Positions 1 through 9,439 of a DNA stretch of 64,000 bases are shown piece by piece (position 1 is the stretch's first letter; each line of letters begins with the position of its first letter). Source of the DNA: a virus; the IMG/VR virus record IMGVR_UViG_3300029893_000005, positions 7,904 to 71,903 of that record. One strand, given 5' to 3'. The notes beneath the pieces are model-generated. The model had not been told where the DNA came from and ran no database searches. It saw nothing but the letters and a program-made list of their open reading frames with translations. A program made the position numbers and the translations under genes.

Positions 1-3000
1 TCGTTCGAGAACACCACGGACTTGATGAATGAGATCAAGTTCCGCGCCAACCAGGGGGACTCCACCGCTGCTGCGGTCTGGGAATACCTGCAGGCCCGCA
101 CGCCGCGAGCCTTCGAGATACTGCTGCGGACGGACAATATCGCAGCGGAGACGCTGCAGGCGGCCCTGGGGGAGGATACCTCTCTCTACGAGGAGTTGAT
201 GCGGGAGGACCGCACCCGCCGCGGTTCGGCGCTTCGCCGAACAGGGGACGGCCTGAACCCCGCTCTCCTGGAGGCGGCCGACATCCGGGCAGGGCAGACG
301 CCTCGTAGCAAGGGCGTGGTCGATGTGACCCCGCTGGAGGCGGGGCCCGCCCCGATCGGGATGGACCCGACGTTGGGGCGCCGTGTCACAGTACCGAACC
401 TGCCGAACAGATTCGGCACCGGGCTGCTTCCGGGCACCCCGCCGACGCCCGGGACGCGGCGCACTGCCGTACCGCCCGGGTTCCCCGACGCTTCCGAGGC
501 GTTTCGGTTTGATCGCCCCTTCGCGCATCTGGAGACGCTGGAGGGGCAGACGCGCAGCGGACTTCCACGCATTCTGGCGGCGATTCGCAGTGCGGCGGGC
601 CTGGAAGGCTTGAGTCCCTCCGACTTCTCCTTCTCGGAAGTCGCCCCAAGACTCCCCGACCCCGGCCAACTCCCTGGCGGCTATGCTCCGGAGTCCGCCG
701 AACTGGCGGAGTCCCCGGAGGATCGAGCACGTCGACTGCAGCAGAAGGCCCTCGCGAAGCAGGCTGACGCCCTCACCACCGACAAGTACAAGGGCAGCAC
801 CAAGTACCTGAAGGGTAAGCAGCAGGGCCGGTACAAGATGCGGACCGGCAACCGCGGCGGGACCTCGGATACGCTGCGGGGGCTGACCTATCTCGAACGC
901 CTGGGGCGGCTGGGGCCCGAAGGGGCCGCCGCGATCGACGAGGCGTTGGCCATGTCGGAAACCATGCGTTCGGGTCGACGCCCGTTTACCGAGGGTAGAC
1001 GCCCGGCGGTGCCGGAGTCGCTGCTGCGGGAGCGCGGCATCTTCGGGCCGGGCTTGTCCGAGAATACCCCGCTGTCGGCGTTGATCGCCCCTAAGCCCAC
1101 CACACCGGCCAACGCACAGATGGCGGAGCCCGGGCTGCGCAGCCCGATTTCTCCGGAGACGAGTGCCTTGCGGGCGGCACTGGACGGCATGGACGTACCG
1201 CCCCCGCCGTCGCCGCCGGATCCGTCCGAGGGGATCCGCAGAATCGAGCAGGCGGAGGACGCGCCTTCCCGCCGCACCGCACGGACGGGGCGGCCGGCTG
1301 CTCCGGTTGCGGAGGGCCCGGCGGCCGTCGTACCGGAGGTGGTTCCCCGTCTGTACTCGCCGTTCCCGTACACGTTTGCCGACGCGCATACACGGCTGGA
1401 GGTTCCGGTAACTGTGGGCTCCACCCGTCCGCAGTGGGCCATGGCGGAAGCGGCTGGTGGATCCCCTTACTCCGCGGTGATGGATGCCCCGTACCTGGAG
1501 ACGCAGCGGCAGGTGCTGGGGCGGACTAGCGGCCCCCAGGAAATCCCGGTACGAGAGGCCCCTCCGCTGGCGGAGGGTAGCCCGCGGCATCCCGCCTACG
1601 ACCCGAATCGGGCGTGGTTCGCCCCAGAGCGCCCGGCGGGGCCGTTGATGGAGGCCGGCTTTACCGATGCGCTGGGGCGCGGGGCGCTTCCGGGGCAGTA
1701 CAGCCCCGTCATTGGGCCGCGGATTGCTGCGAACCGAGCAAGGATGTCGGCAATCCGAGAGGCAATGCGGTCCCGCCCTGCGCCCCCTGTTTCGGTTGCG
1801 GAACGGGCTTTTGGTCGTGAGGTACGCCCGGGACCGCTTTACGACGGTGCGGCGATGCCGGGCGGGGCGGTTCAGTACGAAGGCCCCGCGGGACCTCGGC
1901 TACAGGGACTCGCAGGACTGCCTGCAGATCGCTTGGCCGCGACTTTGACGCGCACCGAGTTCGGTGCCGCCAGCCCCGTGGGTCCCCAGGCGCAAATCAT
2001 GGGCGGGAAGTTTCTCAATAACTTCCGCAAACCAGTTCCGCACGATCCTGCGGCTTACGGCAGTGTGTTCGCTCCTGGCCGTCAGTACGACATGGCCGCG
2101 GGGCCTGGGGGCAGCCCGTTGGAGGGTCTTTTTCCCAACGAGACAACCCCGCTTGGGCCGGAGGTGTCTGAGCCGCGGTTCCGCAGCGCCATGCGAACCG
2201 CGGCAGGCCTGGACCCGGCGGCGGGCGAGGAGTACGGGCGGCTGTTCAATCCTCGTGACTGGGCCCGACAGGACCGTTTCAGTCAGTTCATGGACCCGTA
2301 CCTCCCGAAGCGTGGCGGCATCCGTCCGGAGTTTGCCCAGCGGCTGGAACGGATCGCCAACCTCGGCTCGGGTACCAAGCCGTTTCCTATGACGGGACCG
2401 GCTGCGCTGGGACTGCTGGGTGTTGCGGATATGCGGCAGCGCGGGGGCGACTGGCTGACATCACTCGGAGTACCGCTCGGACTGCTTGGCGGGTATGCGG
2501 CGCTCCAGGCGGCAAGTGGGCTGCAGGGTGGGCCGGGCGGTACACTGCCCCCGATCAGCCGTCCGCTCAACGCGCTGAAGGGCGGCACCGGCATGGCGGC
2601 CCGCGGGGCGCTTCGCGCCCTGGGCCCTGTTGGAGGGGCGCTCGCCGGGCAGGAGGCCTTCACCAACGTCTTCGGCGACAATCCCTACAGCCGTGGCGCC
2701 GGCCTCGTGGGCGGGGGTCTGCTCGGGCTGGTCCCCGGTGCGGGTGGGATCATGGCCGGCGGGCAGATGGCCAGCCACGGGTTGGTGGACCCGATTGCCG
2801 AGAAGTTGGCGGCCGGCGAGGGCGTGCTCTCTGCCGCGAACGTCTTCGAGCCTCCCAAGCGTATTGCCGCGGCAGACGTCGACCCACGACGGGATTCGGC
2901 TATTGCGTACATCCGCGAGCAGATGCGGGGGCTGGCTCCGCCGGCCCCGTTCGCCAACCCGGCCAATCCTCTCGTGGATCGGTACCGTCAGCGGGCCGTT

Positions 3001-3177
3001 GACACGGCTCGGCACCTGCAGGGACTAGGCTACTCTCCGGATATTGTGGCGAACCTCTTCCAGCAGGCTACGGGATACAAGGACGCCGGGGCGCAGGCTG
3101 AGATGGGGGGCGTGACCTCCCGCGGTTCGGGGTCTCTCCTGCAGCGGGCGCTCCGAGAGGCTGCCCTTAGCCAGTAA
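1..3177 (+). CDS. Large Pro/Gly/Ala-rich protein, possibly a virion/ejected protein; may be 5'-truncated by the window edge
   Basis: The frame is open from base 1 to TAA at 3177 (track start 22). Low complexity with Gly-rich hydrophobic segments near the C-terminus. No enzyme motif recognised. Confidence 0.55.
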   Translation, partial: SFENTTDLMNEIKFRANQGDSTAAAVWEYLQARTPRAFEILLRTDNIAAETLQAALGEDTSLYEELMREDRTRRGSALRRTGDGLNPALLEAADIRAGQTPRSKGVVDVTPLEAGPAPIGMDPTLGRRVTVPNLPNRFGTGLLPGTPPTPGTRRTAVPPGFPDASEAFRFDRPFAHLETLEGQTRSGLPRILAAIRSAAGLEGLSPSDFSFSEVAPRLPDPGQLPGGYAPESAELAESPEDRARRLQQKALAKQADALTTDKYKGSTKYLKGKQQGRYKMRTGNRGGTSDTLRGLTYLERLGRLGPEGAAAIDEALAMSETMRSGRRPFTEGRRPAVPESLLRERGIFGPGLSENTPLSALIAPKPTTPANAQMAEPGLRSPISPETSALRAALDGMDVPPPPSPPDPSEGIRRIEQAEDAPSRRTARTGRPAAPVAEGPAAVVPEVVPRLYSPFPYTFADAHTRLEVPVTVGSTRPQWAMAEAAGGSPYSAVMDAPYLETQRQVLGRTSGPQEIPVREAPPLAEGSPRHPAYDPNRAWFAPERPAGPLMEAGFTDALGRGALPGQYSPVIGPRIAANRARMSAIREAMRSRPAPPVSVAERAFGREVRPGPLYDGAAMPGGAVQYEGPAGPRLQGLAGLPADRLAATLTRTEFGAASPVGPQAQIMGGKFLNNFRKPVPHDPAAYGSVFAPGRQYDMAAGPGGSPLEGLFPNETTPLGPEVSEPRFRSAMRTAAGLDPAAGEEYGRLFNPRDWARQDRFSQFMDPYLPKRGGIRPEFAQRLERIANLGSGTKPFPMTGPAALGLLGVADMRQRGGDWLTSLGVPLGLLGGYAALQAASGLQGGPGGTLPPISRPLNALKGGTGMAARGALRALGPVGGALAGQEAFTNVFGDNPYSRGAGLVGGGLLGLVPGAGGIMAGGQMASHGLVDPIAEKLAAGEGVLSAANVFEPPKRIAAADVDPRRDSAIAYIREQMRGLAPPAPFANPANPLVDRYRQRAVDTARHLQGLGYSPDIVANLFQQATGYKDAGAQAEMGGVTSRGSGSLLQRALREAALSQ

Positions 3178-3209
3178 TCTTCACAAACAAAGAAAGGGAA
3201 CACCCTATC

Positions 3210-3830
3210 GTGAGACGCACCGTGATCCTGGACGCGGACGGCACCCTGTACGATCTGGTCGGGGGGCTGATTCGCTCGATCCGCAACCACTTCGCCTACG
3301 TCATCCACCGCGAGGACGTCAGGAACCGGAATCTGCTGATGATGGCGCCGCCGGATCGCCCCGAGATCGGGGAGCACATCCTCAAGTGCCTGAAGGACCC
3401 GAAGTTCTTCTACAATCTCCAACCCTTCCCCGGTGTCGCGGAGGCCTTGCTCCCTCTGGCGGAGTACGGTAAACTGGTGGTGGTGACCGCCCGCGACCGC
3501 AGCATGGTGCGGGCCACCCAACTGGCCATGGCCAGAGATTTCCCCGGGGTCACCATCTCCGGGGTGGAGTGCCGCAAGGGAGACAACAAGGCATCCGTGA
3601 TACGCCTGATTCCCGACGCCCGCGTCGCCTTCGAGGACGACACCGAGGCCGCCCTGGAGTACGCCCGCAAGGGGCTGCGTACCTTCCTGATCGGGCCGCC
3701 CCAGGCGCCCTACACCACCCTGCCCTATGGCAGAATGCGGAATCTACACATCGCCGGCTCGTTCCCCGAGGCGGTGGAGAAGTTCCAGGCAACCAGGATT
3801 CCTGGGGTCGGCTCAGGAATCGCTTCCTGA
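3210..3830 (+). CDS. HAD-superfamily 5'(3')-deoxyribonucleotidase-like phosphatase
   Basis: N-terminal ILDADGTL (DxDGT) motif, VVTAR motif II, K...FEDD motifs III/IV. Confidence 0.8.
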   Translation: MRRTVILDADGTLYDLVGGLIRSIRNHFAYVIHREDVRNRNLLMMAPPDRPEIGEHILKCLKDPKFFYNLQPFPGVAEALLPLAEYGKLVVVTARDRSMVRATQLAMARDFPGVTISGVECRKGDNKASVIRLIPDARVAFEDDTEAALEYARKGLRTFLIGPPQAPYTTLPYGRMRNLHIAGSFPEAVEKFQATRIPGVGSGIAS

Positions 3831-3855
3831 TGAAAACGAACGGAGGTAGTTCCTG

Positions 3856-4578
3856 ATGCCCACTGCCGAACCCCTGGAGCGGTACTTCCACGGTATCCCC
3901 GATCTCCTGTGCGTCGACCGTCTCAACACGGACCGCACCCCGACCGCGGCCGGGCACGTCCGCGTCAACGCCACCGGAGACGTCTTCCAGTGGTGGGGCG
4001 ACACCGACAACGAGGTGAAGACGGCGCTGCATGTCGGCCGTGAGCAGACCAGCATCATCCGCCCCTTTCAACTGTCGGCTCTCGACATCGTGTCGACGGC
4101 GGCCATGCCGGTCCTCACCCGCGCCGCTGCCGGACTCTGGTACTGGGAGCGCATCGCGACCGGTGCTGAGACCCTCTACTTCAGCGGACTGGTGCCGTAC
4201 AAGATCGAGACGGCCAGCCGGGGCGCGAAACTGACCGGGCTGGAGATCGCCTACGAACTGGCCACGGCCAACCTGACCAGTCTCGACGTGCGGGTGGACA
4301 GCGTGGTCTACGCCCAGGCGACCAACCCCGTGGTCACCAACAGCCACGGCGGCGCCATCGTGGACGGTGACTACGACGCCGCACACGACACTGCGGCCGA
4401 GCGCATCGACTCCACCGTGGCCAACGGCGAGCACCTGCTCACCCTGACCCTGAACACCCCGGCCTACTACGTCACCGCCAACGGCGAGGTCCGCTTCGAG
4501 ATCGCCGTGGTGATGCAGAACACCGGCGTGTTCCGCCTGCGCACCGTCCACGGCATCTACACCGAGGCCCAGAACTAG
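3856..4578 (+). CDS. Hypothetical beta-rich protein, probably virion structural
   Basis: 240-aa ORF with GGAGG SD, Thr/Val/Ala-rich, upstream of the portal. Confidence 0.5.
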   Translation: MPTAEPLERYFHGIPDLLCVDRLNTDRTPTAAGHVRVNATGDVFQWWGDTDNEVKTALHVGREQTSIIRPFQLSALDIVSTAAMPVLTRAAAGLWYWERIATGAETLYFSGLVPYKIETASRGAKLTGLEIAYELATANLTSLDVRVDSVVYAQATNPVVTNSHGGAIVDGDYDAAHDTAAERIDSTVANGEHLLTLTLNTPAYYVTANGEVRFEIAVVMQNTGVFRLRTVHGIYTEAQN

Positions 4579-4607
4579 GCCCCGAGCACAGAAGGAGGTT
4601 TCTGATC

Positions 4608-5330
4608 GTGAAGATTCGCAATGCGTTCCTGCTCTCGCTGCTGCTGATCCTGTTCGGCATCGGCGGGCTGTTCCTCACCCTGCCGGCCACGCAGCCGGCC
4701 CAGGCCCAGACGACTCAGCAGTTCGGCTCGGCCAACATCGTGGACGGCTCCCTCGTCAACGCCGACATCAGCGCCTCGGCGGCTATCGCCTTCTCGAAAC
4801 TGGCGGCTCTGACCAGCGGACAACTGCTGGTGGGCAACGGATCCAACGTGCCGACAGCGGTGGCCATGTCCGGAGACATTACCATCTCCAACGCAGGCGT
4901 GACCGCCATCGGGGCGGGCAAGGTCACCAGCGCCATGCTCGAAGAGTCGGTGCTGCGCAAGACCACGACGGCACTGACCGCCCAGAACATTCTGGACATG
5001 TACGGCGCTCCGGTGCAACTGATCGCCGCGCCCGCGGCGGGCAAGGCCATCGTGGTGGAGAGCGTGGTGTGGGACTTCGCCTACAACACGACGCAGTTTG
5101 CCGGCGGTGGCAACGTCAGCGTGGAGTATGCGGACGGCACCGACGTGTGCGCCGTGATCGAGACGGCCAACGTGACCTCGGCTGTGGACTCCCTGGTGGT
5201 GCGTCCGGGTACGGGAGTGGCCATCGACGAGGCCGCGGCCATCCAGATCACCAACGCCACCGCCCCCTTCACCACGGGAAACAGCACGGCCAACGTGACC
5301 ATCTGGTATCACGTCTACACGTTGCCGTAA
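4608..5330 (+). CDS. Fibre/decoration-like protein with an N-terminal signal-peptide-like segment
   Basis: IVDGSLVNADISASAAIAFSKL resembles phage fibre repeats. The N-terminus MKIRNAFLLSLLLILFGIGG...AQA looks like a Sec signal. Strong AGGAGG SD. Confidence 0.55.
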   Translation: MKIRNAFLLSLLLILFGIGGLFLTLPATQPAQAQTTQQFGSANIVDGSLVNADISASAAIAFSKLAALTSGQLLVGNGSNVPTAVAMSGDITISNAGVTAIGAGKVTSAMLEESVLRKTTTALTAQNILDMYGAPVQLIAAPAAGKAIVVESVVWDFAYNTTQFAGGGNVSVEYADGTDVCAVIETANVTSAVDSLVVRPGTGVAIDEAAAIQITNATAPFTTGNSTANVTIWYHVYTLP

Positions 5331-5341
5331 GGAGCACCACA

Positions 5342-5860
5342 GTGCCCACCTACGAGTTCAAGTGCGGCGGGGGTCACTACCTGGAGTACACCTGCCCTAT
5401 GTCACAGAAGCCTGCTTCTGTGGAGTGCGAGTGTGGGGAGGAGGCCACCCAGGTCTTCGTGACCCCTCCCTACATCGATCGCACCCCCTGCCGCGAGTTC
5501 AGCGGCTTCGACGTCGGCCTCGGCCGCTCGTTCTCTTCCATGCGGGAGCGCAAGCAGTTCCTCAAGGAGAACGGGCTGCATGAATGGGGCCCGGAGCAGA
5601 GCGAGACCTACGACCGCAGGCTGCGTGATGAGCAGCAGAAGAAGAAGGATCTGGAGCGGTCGACCTACACGGACGGCACCATCAAGAAGCCCATGGGCCC
5701 GCTGCAGTTCGGCAACTTCCGCCTGGGGGCCATCAAGCCCGCCAAGCGGGACATCATGCCGGTCGAGGACCAGGGTAAGACCATTCGTCTCGACGAGCAG
5801 CCCCCGAAGGGGCAGCATCACCCGGCGCTGAAGCCGCGGGTGGCGAAGGCGATCAAGTAG
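5342..5860 (+). CDS. FmdB-family zinc-ribbon protein
   Basis: GTG start gives MPTYEFKC...H...CECG, the typical FmdB N-terminus. AAGGAG SD. Confidence 0.75.
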   Translation: MPTYEFKCGGGHYLEYTCPMSQKPASVECECGEEATQVFVTPPYIDRTPCREFSGFDVGLGRSFSSMRERKQFLKENGLHEWGPEQSETYDRRLRDEQQKKKDLERSTYTDGTIKKPMGPLQFGNFRLGAIKPAKRDIMPVEDQGKTIRLDEQPPKGQHHPALKPRVAKAIK

Positions 5861-5900
5861 CACGGCGGCGGCGCTCGACATAGGAAAGGGGGCTATACCC

Positions 5901-6417
5901 GTGGCGATACTGGTGCGGAATGCTCGTTACGTTGTGCCCGATCCTGTGTCTGGGTGCTGGAACTGGACCAGAAGCCTCAACGACCAGGGTTACGGACAGT
6001 TCACTTACGCTGGTAAGACGTATCGCGCCCACAGGGCGCTGTACGCCTACTACACAGGCGAGGACGTTCGGGGAAAAGTGCTCTGTCATCGTTGCGACAA
6101 CAGGGCTTGCTGCAATCCCGGGCATATCATTGCGGGCACACAGGCCGACAACCTTCGAGACATGGTGTCCAAGGGCCGCCACTGGACGGTCAACAATCCC
6201 GACAAGCGCCCACGGGGGGACGCGCACTGGACGAAGCGCACCCCCATCTCGGAACCATACGGGTTCTCGGAAGAAGCGGCTGACGGCGGAGCAGGTGCAG
6301 CAGGTAGAGGAGCGCATGGCGGAGGGGGCGTCTACTCTTCGCACACTGGCGGAAGAGTTCTCAGTGAGCATGTCCACCATTAACCGTATTCGCCGCAAGG
6401 CGGGGGCATACGCCTGA
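5901..6417 (+). pseudogene. HNH endonuclease with C-terminal HTH, split by a +1 frameshift
   Basis: Frame 5901 carries CWNW...GYG...RAHR...LCHRCDNRACCNPGH...DN. The HTH (LTAEQV...TLAEEFSVSMSTINRI) is in the +1 frame and ends at a TGA that overlaps the portal ATG. A C5 run lies at 6241-6245. Confidence 0.7.
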
Positions 6418-8408
6418 TGGCTGCCGCGTTGGATTATCTGGGCTACGTGAAGCAGAAGGGCCAGAACCAACTGGTCTCCCCTGTGACACGCCCGCACGAT
6501 GCCGATGGGTCGGGCGCCTACCTTTCCGATACCGCCCGCTTCGTCCTCGAACTGCTCGACGAAGCCACGCGCTACCGCAAGCCCTTCTCCGACCAGTGGA
6601 GCAAGTACTACAGCCGGTACCGCGGCAACACCTGGAAGCCCACCGACCTGCCTCGGGCGCAGCGGTGGAAGGCCTACCTGACGGTCAACTACTCCCAGTC
6701 CATCATCGAGACCATCCTGGCGGTGCTGTTCGGCAGCCCGCCCAAGATCGTCTTCAGTGCCACGGCACGGGAGCAACACCCCTACGTCGAGACCATTCAG
6801 GCGGCGATGGACAGCGTGTGGCGCCGCGCCAAGGGCTCCCGCCACACCCTCAATGCCTTCAAGAACGCTTGTATCTACGGTACCGGGTACCTGAAAATCT
6901 GGTGGGACGAGACGGCTGAGGACGGCAAAGGCGGTATCCGCTTCGATCTGGTGCCCACCGAGAACATCTGGGTGGACCCGATGGCGGACAACCTGGACCG
7001 GGCCGAATACGTCATCGAGGTCAAGCGGGTCCCGCTCTCCTACATCCGCCGCAACTACCCGGAGCGCGGCAAGTACGTGCGCACGGGTACCGCGAAGGAG
7101 CAGGCCTCCTACGCCGAGATGAAGGCGACCGGCATGTTCAGCCGCGACCCGCAGGGCCCAGCCACCCTGGTGTCGGCCACCTACGGGGTGCAGCCCCTCA
7201 TCAACTACGGCGAAGCCTTCGGCACCGCTACACCCTCGGTGGGCCAGTCGCAGGAGCAGTGGTGCGATCTCTACGAGGTGTGGTACCGGGATCACTCGAT
7301 GGTGACCGAGACCCTGCCTATCCAGATCGGCGTCGACCCGAACACCGGGCAGCCGCAGGTGATCATGCATACGGTCACCCGCAAGCGGTACCCCAACGGG
7401 CGGGTGTTCCACTATGCCGGCGGGGTGTGCCTCGACGACGGCCCGGCTCCGTACACCAAGTGGCCCTACGTCAAGTTCACCTTCAACCCGATGCCGGGTG
7501 AGTTCTACGGCCAGGGCGCTATGGAGATCCTGCGGGACCTCCAGATCGAACTCGACAAGCGGCGCTCCGACATCGTGAACCACGCCAACCTGATGAGCAA
7601 CGCGGTCTGGATCGTCGATCGCGGCTCCCAGGTGGACCGTCGCATGCTGACCAACGAGCCCGGCCTCGTCATCGAGAAGAACCAGGGCACCGAGGTGCGC
7701 CGCGAGTCCCCCATGCAGCTCCCCAACTGGATGCTGCAGGCGGTGGACATGACCATCCGCGACCTGCGCGAGGTCATCGGGGTGCCGGCCACGGCTTCCG
7801 GCCAGCCCCCTCGTGGCGTGCGCAGCGGCAGCGGCTTCGAGGCGGCCCAGCAGATCGCCAACACCCGCATCCACCTGCTCGGACTGTTGATGAAGGACTC
7901 CCTGGAGGACCTCGCGGGTATCTGCGTGGCCCTGATGCAGCAGAAGTACACCCGTCCCCGCATCGTGCGGCTGGTGGGCAGTAACGGCACGCCCTACTGG
8001 GTGCCATTCGACCAGCACGCCGCCCGCGGTGACTGGGACATCGAAGTCGAGGTCGACTCCATGAGCGCGTTCCTGCGGGCGGCCCGCGCCCAGCAGGCCA
8101 TCCAGCTCTACCAGTTGCAACTGCTCGACAAGCGGGGCGCCCTGGAGGGAGTGCAGTGGCCCAATCGTGAGGCGGTGCTGCGGCGCATGGGCGACATGAG
8201 CGGCAGCGGGATCGAGGATTACGATGGAAGTCCTGGAGTGCCCAACCGCGATCGCTCTGATCAGTCCGGGTACGCTCTGTCTGTTCGGAAGGCTGCTCCT
8301 GCAGGTCCCGGAGCCGCACCTCCGAGTCCTGCTGGAGCCATGCCTGCTTCGATTCCTCCCATCGGCGGAACCCCGGGTGGTTATCCTCCTCCGCCCGGTG
8401 GCGGATAA
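6417..8408 (+). CDS. Portal protein (P22-like/podovirus type) with a Pro/Gly-rich C-terminal tail
   Basis: 663 aa with W..YY..YRG, NAFKNACIYGTGYLKIWWD and P...FYGQG motifs; lies upstream of scaffold and capsid. Confidence 0.85.
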   Translation: MAAALDYLGYVKQKGQNQLVSPVTRPHDADGSGAYLSDTARFVLELLDEATRYRKPFSDQWSKYYSRYRGNTWKPTDLPRAQRWKAYLTVNYSQSIIETILAVLFGSPPKIVFSATAREQHPYVETIQAAMDSVWRRAKGSRHTLNAFKNACIYGTGYLKIWWDETAEDGKGGIRFDLVPTENIWVDPMADNLDRAEYVIEVKRVPLSYIRRNYPERGKYVRTGTAKEQASYAEMKATGMFSRDPQGPATLVSATYGVQPLINYGEAFGTATPSVGQSQEQWCDLYEVWYRDHSMVTETLPIQIGVDPNTGQPQVIMHTVTRKRYPNGRVFHYAGGVCLDDGPAPYTKWPYVKFTFNPMPGEFYGQGAMEILRDLQIELDKRRSDIVNHANLMSNAVWIVDRGSQVDRRMLTNEPGLVIEKNQGTEVRRESPMQLPNWMLQAVDMTIRDLREVIGVPATASGQPPRGVRSGSGFEAAQQIANTRIHLLGLLMKDSLEDLAGICVALMQQKYTRPRIVRLVGSNGTPYWVPFDQHAARGDWDIEVEVDSMSAFLRAARAQQAIQLYQLQLLDKRGALEGVQWPNREAVLRRMGDMSGSGIEDYDGSPGVPNRDRSDQSGYALSVRKAAPAGPGAAPPSPAGAMPASIPPIGGTPGGYPPPPGGG

Positions 8409-8442
8409 TCGGTGGAGCGAGAATTAGGGAGGTTGTGAAGAT

Positions 8443-8925
8443 ATGATGCCTGGAATGGGGATGCCCCCGCAGGGGGGCCCTCCCGGACAGCCCGACCCGC
8501 AGAAGATGATGGCGCTGATGGCGGCCATGCAGCAAATGCGCGGTGGCGGAGGCCCTCCCGGTGTGCCGGGCATGGGGGCTCCGCCCATGCCGCCCAACGC
8601 CCAGGGCCCCCCACCGATGGGGATGCCGGTGCCGAGCATGGGGGCTCCGATGGGGCCGCCGCCCGGTCCGCCCATCACCCGCCCCGGCATGTCGGACGGC
8701 CTCAACAAGGGGCTGCTGATGATGGTCAACATCGGTCAGCAGATCCTGCGGCAGATGGACCCCGCCTCGGAGCCCGCCGACCGGCTGGCTTCGGTGCTGC
8801 GCGACCTCGACGAGATTCTGGCCCGGATGAATTCCTCTTCGATGGGGTCGTTCGGGCCGGACGGACCGCTGCCGGACCGCGGGCTCCCCCGCGAGCCCGA
8901 CCAGCCGGCCATGAGTCCGCGATAG
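8443..8925 (+). CDS. Met/Pro/Gly-rich low-complexity protein with a short helical C-terminus
   Basis: 160-aa ORF with GGGAGG SD. Confidence 0.6.
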   Translation: MMPGMGMPPQGGPPGQPDPQKMMALMAAMQQMRGGGGPPGVPGMGAPPMPPNAQGPPPMGMPVPSMGAPMGPPPGPPITRPGMSDGLNKGLLMMVNIGQQILRQMDPASEPADRLASVLRDLDEILARMNSSSMGSFGPDGPLPDRGLPREPDQPAMSPR

Positions 8926-8934
8926 GAGATACGC

Positions 8935-9333
8935 ATGCGGCTTATCTTCGAGCATCACGACGGACACGGCCTGAACGACGCCATCACTATCACCTGCGAC
9001 GAGCAGGATCCGAACGGCGGCGGGGCATCGCATGCATACCGGGCGACAATCCAAGTGCATTCGGGTATCCCATTTGTAGAAGCGGCAGCAGAGCCGGTGT
9101 TGGACATTCAGTTCCAGCATGGCCCACGCCACGTCGAGGGCTCGAAACCCGGCGTCACCGAGGCGGTGCTGTACGCGATCCTCCTCGACCGCCTGAAGGC
9201 GTTCCAGGCCGGGCCGTTTCCACATCCCGAGAACGAGCGACAGATCGCGGCTCTGGAGGAGTGTCTCGCGTCCACCAAGCGCCGGGCAGACGAGCGGGCA
9301 GCCCGCGGCGTGCTCGGCAAGAACCTGAGATAA
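8935..9333 (+). CDS. tad1: Tad1-like anti-Thoeris/anti-CBASS signal-sponge protein
   Basis: GGASHAY...IQFQHGPR...GVTE...LLDRLKAFQAGPF..EN......EE.L....RR...R..RGVLG closely matches the Tad1 family pattern as recalled. Confidence 0.8.
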   Translation: MRLIFEHHDGHGLNDAITITCDEQDPNGGGASHAYRATIQVHSGIPFVEAAAEPVLDIQFQHGPRHVEGSKPGVTEAVLYAILLDRLKAFQAGPFPHPENERQIAALEECLASTKRRADERAARGVLGKNLR

Positions 9334-9393
9334 GTCGTGAAGAAAAGAATCAGGAGACGGCTCCTGCTCCTGAGAAGGAAAAGAGGAGCGTAC

Positions 9394-9422
9394 TATACAA
9401 TATGCTGCCCGTGTGGTAGTAT
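9394..9422 (+). promoter_or_regulatory. Putative sigma70-type promoter for scaffold/capsid
   Basis: TATACA (9394-9399), 17-bp spacer, TG-n-TAGTAT (9417-9422). Confidence 0.45.
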
Positions 9423-9439
9423 AGGTCCGGAGGCAAAAG

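Noticed and set aside
5875-5899. TCGACA...TATACC promoter-like pair before the HNH gene
   Set aside because: The spacer is only 13 bp and overlaps the SD.
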